Shown: one piece after another, positions 55,641-64,000 of the stretch | Numbering within the stretch: the stretch's first letter is position 1 | Layout of the letters: each line of letters opens with the position of its first letter | Assembly: GCF_006345805.1 (NCBI RefSeq) | Contig: NC_043008.1 | Coordinates: 39,680,001 to 39,744,000 of the forward strand | Length of the DNA stretch: 64,000 bases | Origin: Octopus sinensis | Lineage: Eukaryota | Direction of reading: 5' to 3' | Made by a program: the position numbers and the translations under genes | The notes under the pieces: model-generated | The model's input: only the letters and a program-made list of their open reading frames with translations | Databases searched by the model: none | What the model was told of the DNA's origin: nothing

Positions 55641-55701
55641 ATATCTGGTGTGCTGCTAATTTCCACAACTGAGCACAGAATCATGTATGCATGTATGTAT
55701 T

Positions 55702-55735
<34 letters not shown>

Positions 55736-55773
55736 TGTATGTATGTATGTATGTATGTATGTATGTATGTATG

Positions 55774-55811
<38 letters not shown>

Positions 55812-57666
55812 TATATTATAATATATGTATATATATTATATATATATATATATATGTGTGTGTATGTATGTATGTGTATGTATGTGTGTGGAGTGATAAT
55901 TTCCTATTACGACGAATATAATCAGGATATTGCGTGTATTCTTGTATTCCAGTCAAGAATGTTGACTTAATATCTTTAAGATATATCAATTGTGTCTACG
56001 TGGCGTTGAACGACATTCTACCTCATGTTTAGTACATCTTATTCAGTACAGTCTATATCTCTACACAATCATATTTAATCAAACCTCAGCAGTGGTAGCG
56101 CTACTTTTAGCACTGAATCAAAACGAAAGCGTAAATAAAAACACGAAACCATATACCTAATCACACACGCATACAGACACACAGACACACACACGCACAC
56201 ACATAAACACACACATGTGCGCACACACACACACACACATCAAAACAAGTTTAAAATAATGATCATTACATATTTTCCCTTTAATGGTGTAAATTTGGGT
56301 TACAGCTGTTTTGAGGATTTGGGATTTTCTGATTCTATATATGGGATTTGGGTGTGTTTGGGGTGGAATTGGGGTTTGTTAATCAGTGTGGGAATGAAAG
56401 ACTACCGATGAATGATCAACACAAGATAATTGATTAGGGGGCCGTGGAGTTGAGGGTGTTAAAGTATTGTTTTGTGAAGCCATTTGAATAGTCAAAAATC
56501 TAATGACCATATGTTTTTCCAAATTCTTTCCTTTTGTATCTTTCTATGTTTCAGGTGTGTGTCTGGGGTGTGTCTGGTGAGGTGGTGTTAATGAGGTTAA
56601 AATCCTCAGATCTCTGTGACAAAGAATGCGAGAAAGTTTTCCAAAAGAGTTAACAATGAATGTTTATAAAAAGTCTTCACACCCAAGTTAACAAAGAACT
56701 TACTAGATATATGAATCAAAATTTATATTATTAAAAAATTTAAAAACTAATAAATTATACGAATTAAATCTACCACTGAAGTCATTCTCTTTGCTTTTTC
56801 AAATATATCTAACTGCACCAAGGACATCACCCACTTTCCAAAATATAAGGACAATGATCGGGTGTCGTATAACGAGATGGAGACGATGTTTCCTGGGGAA
56901 TAGTAACAATGACATTCGCCTGTGGGACTGTCGCATTGAGTCGCATAGTTTTACATTGTGGGACTGTCGCATAGTTTTACCTTGAAGTGCTGCTGCGGAT
57001 TGTCTCTCATTGAGCGGTTTAGGAACAATGATGCTTCTATTACACATTTATATATTTATACATACAAACATACATTCACACACAAATATATAAACAAATG
57101 AAAACTGATGACTTTCTGAATACACATAACACCATAACACACACACACACACACACTTACATACGCGCGGCGCACGCATGCTTAATAATGTATGTATTTA
57201 AAGAAATGCCAAAATATTTTCACACAAACATGTATGGTAGTACGCGTGCGCGATTTTAGAACGGTATAGATATGCGTATATACATATAAGCTTGCAAACA
57301 TATGTTCATATAAACATACATGTGTTGTATATGATTAGGCACTCACACCACGCACAAAGGCAACGACAAACATCAACTTCCTCAGTCGGGTCATATACAT
57401 ACACATATATGAGTGTGTTTACACATTTAGACAGATGGATAGTTATACGAATGTGTACAATTATACATACATATATATAAATATGTATACATACACCACA
57501 CACACACATATATATATACATATATATGAATACATATATATATATATACAGTCATATCTATATATATATGAATATATATATATGTATATCTATGTACATA
57601 TACTTATATATATGTGTGTACATATATATATTTTTCGTACCTTTATGTGTATATATATATATATAT

Positions 57667-57701
<35 letters not shown>

Positions 57702-57754
57702 ATTATGGGAATACACGAACACATACACACGTCTATATATTATAATGTATGATT

Positions 57755-57791
<37 letters not shown>

Positions 57792-58691
57792 GGGGCAATA
57801 TATGCGTAAACTAATATGCTATTGTTCCATATACCCATGACCATATATCAAACGATTCAGCCTTCACAAACGAAGAAAATGAAAGGAGAATGATGGCTTT
57901 TCATTCATCTTTGAAATTGTTTAGTTTCATAAGCTATATACTCATTATTTTTTTACAATCATTTTTTTTTTGGCGATATCTAATCCCACAAACTCTTATA
58001 TTTTTTTTACCTTTCATCTTGTTCATAATTAATGAACTACTATACATCTATTGAAAAGTCTTAGCGTTCTAATTATTACCAAGGGACCGTTCATTGTTTC
58101 AGCACAAACTAGTTGGATCGCTTGGTTCCAGAAGAAACGCCAGTGAGAAGGTGGCGATAATTGCACATTAGATTCACTTACATAGTGCATTGGGGTCTGT
58201 ATTGTAATGTATAATAAATATCACTTTTTTTTATATGTTAATGTGCGTGCTTCTCTGTGAGTGTGTGTGTGTGTGTGTGGTGTGTGCGTCTGTGTGTGTG
58301 TGCGTGAGATTAGAAGAATGTATACAAGTGTGTGTGTTAATGTGGTAAACAATACTTGCGTGTTTGCGTGTGCATATGTATAAGAGTACAACTTTCCCTG
58401 CAGGGTAACTCATGATATATATGTATGTGTGTATGTTAGTGTTCTCGCTTTGTGTGAATAATAAGCACTAATACAAAAGCATATATATATCAACAAATAT
58501 ATGTATGCGTGTGTGTGTGTGTGTGTATATGTATAGATATAGGTAGATAGGCAGAGAGAAATGAGAAACAGAGAGCAAAACAGATAGCGAGATAAGTTGA
58601 GTAAAAACATGCTCCACCCACCGATGAATATATCCAGCCACGTATGTGTGTGTAATGTTTGGTTTTATATTAAAGTGCGTATCTATGTGCG

Positions 58692-58755
<64 letters not shown>

Positions 58756-59126
58756 TGGTTGGTGTTGTTATTGTTGTTGTGGTTGGTTGGCATTGGTGGC
58801 GGAGTATGTCTGGCTTTGGCGTGGGGTCAGCATGAGAGGAATTATTACTTACACACGTAAACATTCTATAACTTCAAACGTTCGATTCTTTATTTTCTTT
58901 CATTGTTTTCCATTAACGAAATAATTCTTCTTTCACCATGTTACCTCTCTAACCTTATCAATAGTCTCCCAGAATAATAGAACTTCACATAACTTTCTAT
59001 AGATCGACATTATTTCCAGTTCAATATCCTAGTTAATTTCATCTCATTGCGTTTTTGAATAGACTGTGCTTATTAAGACAATATTTGTGTATACCCAACG
59101 CTGTATAACATGCATAAATATATGTA

Positions 59127-59177
<51 letters not shown>

Positions 59178-59182
59178 TATAT

Positions 59183-59306
<124 letters not shown>

Positions 59307-59437
59307 CAGAGAGAGAGAGAGAGATTCACATACATAGATATATACATGAATACACAACCATATAGATACACACCCACATATATATATATATATACAACTA
59401 CGCACATATACAATCTGGATATAGGCATATATTTATG

Positions 59438-59468
<31 letters not shown>

Positions 59469-59914
59469 GTATATATACGTGTGTGTGTGTGTGTTGTATA
59501 TGTATATATGTGTGTGTGTATGTGTGTGTATATGTATGCATGTATATGTATGTATATATATGCCAATGTATACATCTGCGTATGCATTAGTATACACAGT
59601 TATACACAATCGCACACAAATATACACAAAGAGCCATACATGCATACAAACACACACACACACATCCATATATATATATATTGAAGCAACGAAAAACTGA
59701 AAGCAAAATAAATTGTATATAGTTTACCAAGCAGAGACCGTTTCAGAATTTGATTTATTTATTTTTTTCATTACCAATTTTATGTTGTCCTGTCACGGTT
59801 GAATTTGCATTTGCACAAGCGTTCATAAATAGAATAACGTACCAGTAATACACCGAATTATTTGAGGAAGAATGTCATCCACATCATCATCATCATCATC
59901 AACAATTTTATTAT

Positions 59915-60110
59915 TGAGTGAGAAAGCAGTTCGTGCAATCAAAGTGACACTGTCTGTAAAATATATGAAACCCAGTATCCCCAATGATCCCAACCCATAA
60001 GAATTCCTCTCAACACATCGCTATGATGCTCCACCACTACTTATGCTCGTGATCAGAGATGCAAGTATCGTCAGCCACTAAGGGACATGCTGAACTGGTT
60101 AAGGTCAAAC
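59915..60110 (-). mobile_element. Family D repeat, internally deleted
   Basis: Start and middle segments of 61676-62215 are joined directly. Confidence 0.75.
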
Positions 60111-60142
60111 TTTTAAGATATACACACACACACCACACACAC

Positions 60143-60186
<44 letters not shown>

Positions 60187-60311
60187 CAAAGTAGAGTTGT
60201 GGGGTACCGCATGAGTGGAATATATACGAAAGAAGGTTTGAAAATGCAATTTAAAAGATTTTTATTTACTTTACCGGTTTCACTCTTTGGAAAAAGATTG
60301 TCAAAGTATAT

Positions 60312-60354
<43 letters not shown>

Positions 60355-60593
60355 GATATGGTATGTGTGTGTATGTGTACGTTTTTGTTTGCATGTATTG
60401 CTCTTTGTATATAATGTGTGCCATTGAATATAGCTGTGCTTAAAAATGCATACACAGATGTATGCATTCGTGTATGCATAACATGCATATATATGCGCGT
60501 ATATATACATAAATCTATGCCTATATTTTTAAGAAACTCACAGCTTATTTTGCTGGTTATGATGGAAAGTATCAGCTGAGCACAGCCAGTAGA

Positions 60594-60825
60594 CTAAGGT
60601 GACACTTGTTTACTCATCATCCGGCGAATAATTCTTGCAGTTCCAAGCAATGCTGATTTTTGTAGGTGTTCTACCTTCACTCTTGCACTAATCTTTTTCA
60701 GGTATGTTGGTAGTTGAGAGCTGATACTTACAAGTGCACCAGTTACTGTTGATATCACGTCCACTCTCTACATTGGCCACAACCATCGTATTTCCCACTT
60801 CAAATCGTCATAATTCTTTCACATT
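60594..60825 (-). mobile_element. R4/Dong-like LINE C-terminal fragment
   Basis: KNYDDLKWEIRWLWPM*RVDVISTVTGAL...LQKSALLGTARIIRRMM; abuts (ATT)n at ~60850. Confidence 0.75.
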
Positions 60826-60851
60826 CATCCTGTTGAAAATGGGGCATGTTA

Positions 60852-60898
<47 letters not shown>

Positions 60899-60911
60899 TA
60901 CTTATTATTAT

Positions 60912-60943
<32 letters not shown>

Positions 60944-60984
60944 TTACTATTACTACTACTATTACTATTCGTATTATTAAATTT

Positions 60985-61537
60985 GAGTGAGAGAGCAGTG
61001 CATGCCATCAAATTAACACTGGGGTAAAAATATACGAAGCCTAGTGTACCCATCATGACTTTCCATCTGATAGTGATACAATAGACACAGCCACCACAGC
61101 CACATGTGCAACACATTGTGATCTCACACCAAGATACACAGAGAATGACTTTGCAGGTAGGGTCCAGTTAGAAGTTTCTTCAGGTCGAGTAGCCCATCGC
61201 GCTCAAAAGATCCCTGAATTAAGGTTGTTGAAGGATGTTGAACAAAACACCCATGTTTCCAGAAGTGGATTATTTAAACCTCAAAGAATTCCTCTCAACA
61301 CACGGCTATGATGCTCCCCCACTACCATTGTTCGTGATAAGAGATGCACATATAATCAGCCACTAATTGAAATGCTCAACTGGTTAAGGTCAAACAAATG
61401 ACAAGCAAATCTGTGGTATTGAGCAGAATATTGCTGTAGCTTATCTTTTATACCAAGACAAAGCAATGTACATAACACTTCCAAACAGTTAAGATCAGAA
61501 GCCATGAGATTCAATGCCTAGTACTGCATCAGTGCAT
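60985..61537 (-). mobile_element. Family D repeat
   Basis: Collinear with 38604-39173. Confidence 0.85.
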
Positions 61538-61617
61538 ATATATGATAACACTTCCAATCATCATTTTTATTACTATTATTATTGTTATTGTTATTATTGT
61601 TGTTGTTATTGTTATTA

Positions 61618-61675
<58 letters not shown>

Positions 61676-62215
61676 GAGTGAGAGGCAGTTCATGCCATCA
61701 AAGTGACACTGGGATAAAATATACGAAGCCCAATATACCCATCATGACTACCCGTCTGATAAGGGTACACCAGGCACATGCATCACAACCATCTGTGCGC
61801 GACATGGTGATCTCATATCAAGATAAACAGCACATGACCTTGCAGGTGGGGCCCAGTTAGAAGTTTCTTCAGGTTGAGTAGCCCATCCCGCTCAAAAGGT
61901 TCCTGAATAAGGGTTGTTTAAGGATGTTGAAAGAACCACCCATGTTTCCAGAGGTGAATTATTCAAACCCCAAAGAATCCCTCTCAACACATGGCTATGA
62001 TGCTCCCCACTACTTCTGCTCGTGATCAGAGATGCACATAGCGTCAGCCACTAAGGGACATTCTCAACTGGTTAAGGTCAAACAACTGACAAGCAAATCT
62101 GTGGTATTGAGCAGAATATTTGCTGTAGCCCATCTTTTATACCAAGACAAAACTATGTACATGATAACACTTCCAATCAGTTAAGATCAGAAGCCATGAG
62201 AGCCACTGCCTGGTA
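61676..62215 (-). mobile_element. Family D repeat
   Basis: Collinear with 38604-39173; ATT repeats on both sides. Confidence 0.85.
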
Positions 62216-62229
62216 TTATTATTATTATT

Positions 62230-62878
62230 ATATAACAGTTCAATATTTGGCAGATTGAGGCAAATTTCTACAGCATCATCTGCTACATCTCCGTTTTTGT
62301 TGGGATTTGTGTAAAACTGTGTGTTCTTTAATGCTGTAGGGAGTGTGCGAAATCTTCCCGGTACTATATTATGTAAGATTTTTTTCCATGATATGTGGTG
62401 TTCTCTTTTGTTGTTACTGCTTGTATTGTGTTTTGAGTGAGTAATGCTTTGGTTCTTTGGCTTGCTGGTGGGTGTTTTTTTCACTAGGTAAACGCTGTAT
62501 AGAGTGTGTCTTGTATTTGTGGGTTGTTTTGTTGAGGTTGTATTATTGAATTGATAGTGTCTTGCATAGGATGTGGGCTGTTCTTGGAAAGGCTTTTGGA
62601 CAATGTGTCGGGTTAAGGGTCCACATATAGCTTCTACATTTTTGTTCATCTGGTTTTTTTTATGCCCCCTGCTCAAACTATTATTGGTATTGTTTTTAAC
62701 TTCATGCCCTACATTTTGATTACTTCAATTTCGATGTCTTTATATTTCGATAATTTCTCCACTTCATTTTTGACAATATTTTGATCAGAAGGGACCATAT
62801 TGTCTATCAGTAAACAGCGGTTTTTCCCCAATCCTTGATTATTATGTCTGGGTGATTAGCTTTCGCATCTTTGTCGGT
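62230..62878 (-). mobile_element. R4/Dong-like LINE 3' fragment (RLE domain + 3' UTR)
   Basis: KANHPDIIIKD..CLLID..EKLSKYKDIEIE..TAHILCKTLSIQ* with frameshifts and stops; (ATT)n on both flanks. Confidence 0.8.
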
Positions 62879-64000
62879 TATTATTATTATCATTATTATT
62901 ATCATTATTATTATTATTATTATCATTATTCGTCAGGCCCCATTGAAATATCATAAATTGCAAATACATAATTACTATTTACACTTTCTCAGGAAAACGT
63001 GCTTTTGTGCTTTCGCAGCATTTATTCAATGTATATTTTATCACGTAACGACCAGTATAAACTTTATAAACTTTCTTTTTATTTGCGGTCATTTCAATTT
63101 TATTTCGAAATTATCTTGATGCTATAGTACCAACCCACCTTATCTAGTAAAAAGAAACATACTTTGATGCATGGGCAGCCTTGAACAAAAGGCTCGAAGA
63201 TTTATGTTGTTTTAGTTCTACTCTCAAATTGGTCAAATGAAATCTTGACCTCATTAACTTGGCATCTTTATCTTTCTTTACGTAAATACCAGTAATACAG
63301 CACGTTGAGAATATAATCAATATTAACTTTTATTTCTTCTCTTTTGGTGTGAAGCCAAAGCAGAAAATCAATATAGGTATTGAATATTCAAATTATACAC
63401 AGAATAGTTCGCAATGTGTACTTATATACGTACTAAGCTGGAGTACTACTAACAAAATACTTCTTATTTAATTATCAGCGTACACTTTGTTTCGCGGGCT
63501 GCTTGATGTCATACGAAGCGACTTCCAAACAGATTTTTGTTACTTTTTTCAATTTCCCGTCTCTTCATTCTTAATTGCAACACTTATAGAATAAATGCGG
63601 AAGGCTATCGCACATTGGTATTTTGTATCCAGTGAGCAGTACTGTTTTTCGAACGCGGGGGTTATAAATTATAATTGCAACGCACGTGTAGGCAAGCTGA
63701 TTGCCATTCAATAAACAGCCATTGCAGTCGTTCTCTATAATATGTTCCTATATATCATTATATGTTAATGAGATAATGATGTACATTGCCGAGAATCTTT
63801 TAAAGTTAAACATATGTGAGTAATTCAGTTTAAGTAAAGCCTGATAACAATTGCGCGAATGTGAAAAGGCTTCAGGTGAAGATTCTTCTACAGATTATAA
63901 ATATCAACGTGAGTTAGAACCCAGCGAGTATATATTCATATATAGTGCAACTGTGATACACAGTGAATCCAAGATTCGTGAATTTATGTAAGTGCATATG

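Noticed and set aside
56250-56720. Penelope ORF fragment (TQIPYIESEN)
   Set aside because: A single short motif among stops; insufficient without a profile search.
56921-56979. CRISPR-like repeats (TGTGGGACTGTCGCAT twice)
   Set aside because: Only two overlapping short duplications, no spacer pattern, and a eukaryotic context.

Overview
This is eukaryotic, very AT-rich DNA that is saturated with microsatellites and contains one 100-N scaffold gap. The repeat complement (tRNA-derived SINE families, RTE and R4/Dong LINE relics, (TA)n/(ATT)n tracts) looks like an octopus/cephalopod genome; that is inferred from pattern, not from a database search. No intact protein-coding gene could be supported. 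Almost all ORFs in the supplied track are microsatellite translations, and the recognisable ones are dead transposon fragments (RTE, R4/Dong restriction-like-endonuclease LINEs, maT-like and Tc1-like transposases). The most striking object is a perfect 493-bp palindrome (32173-32665) whose arms each carry a complete type I hammerhead ribozyme fold, one per strand. Several further Penelope-type hammerhead motifs and palindromic junctions are scattered through the window. Other notable structures are a 1.84-kb foldback with ~570-bp arms, pile-ups of retroelements inside (TAA)n tracts, a SINE trimer inserted as one unit with an 18-bp TSD, and a Tc1 end with IR/DR architecture.
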